From Gemmatimonadales bacterium (GTDB lineage Bacteria; Gemmatimonadota; Gemmatimonadetes; Gemmatimonadales; GWC2-71-9), in the NCBI GenBank assembly GCA_036395195.1, contig DASWDP010000051.1, positions 1-48,509 of the forward strand: DNA of 48,509 bases, written 5' to 3'. Under the pieces are notes generated by a model. The model had not been told where the DNA came from. It saw only the letters and a program-made list of their open reading frames with translations, and searched no databases. Of this stretch, positions 48,351 to 48,509 are shown piece by piece (within the stretch, counting starts at the first letter, position 1; each line of letters begins with the position of its first letter). The position numbers and the translations under genes are program-made.

Positions 48351-48509
48351 CGCCGGAATAGTGCTCTTCGTGGCCGCCCGTCCAGTGGCGGCACAGGAAC
48401 TGACGATCGACTGGTCGCGGACGGTCGTGGCGGGCGGTGTGACGCTGCCCGGCGAGGGGCCGGACGGCGCGACGGCGCTTCAGCTCCGAGCCACCGCCTC
48501 GGGTCCGAC
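48331..48509 (+). CDS. hypothetical secreted protein, N-terminal fragment (3' end outside the window)
   Basis: ATG 48331 is preceded by GGAGGA. The signal peptide is MRRVLASAGIVLFVAARPVAAQE. The frame is open to the window end and overlaps the upstream gene by 20 nt. Confidence 0.5.
   Translation, partial: MRRVLASAGIVLFVAARPVAAQELTIDWSRTVVAGGVTLPGEGPDGATALQLRATASGP

Overview
This is a 48.5-kb, high-G+C (roughly 70%) bacterial chromosomal window that is almost entirely coding. The gene content (bshA, Bat/MoxR aerotolerance-type operon, many GTGA/ATGA start-stop overlaps) fits a Gemmatimonadota/FCB-like organism, but that is inference only. I call about 50 CDSs, mostly housekeeping. They are a tryptophanase-family fragment, pyrR-pyrB-pyrC, rpsT, scpA-scpB, a MoxR-DUF58-DUF4381-BatA-BatB/C-BatD/E module, mutL, miaA, bshA, uppP, birA, coaX, groES-groEL (with a CIRCE operator), serS, uvrD/pcrA and gatCAB. 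There are also two tRNA-Ser genes. The long ORFs antisense to these genes are GC artefacts. The most unusual signal is at the nucleotide level. At least five loci carry paired, inverted arrays of 7-10 nt G-rich tandem repeats, and each pair has its own repeat unit. These pairs bracket a tRNA, an Avd/23S-IVS-type four-helix-bundle gene (with a perfect 31-bp inverted repeat), the mutL linker, the miaA C-terminus and the 5' end of a Bat-operon gene. The four-helix-bundle cassette is the only interruption in a roughly 22-kb run of about 23 same-strand, translationally coupled genes (7370-29452). Secondary observations are listed here:
- two uncharacterised proteins (Rossmann-like, HEAT-repeat) coupled to the MoxR/Bat module
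- a roadblock/LC7-receiver-sugar-nucleotidyltransferase operon
- a multi-hairpin intergenic element upstream of uvrD
- an AT-rich island with an 11-bp inverted repeat upstream of a DUF2089-like HTH gene
- a G9 tract in codons 3-5 of mutL
- a repeated TTGACC-N17/18-TATCTT promoter pattern

No CRISPR array, transposase, integrase or rRNA was seen. All family assignments come from reading motifs by eye; no database search was run.
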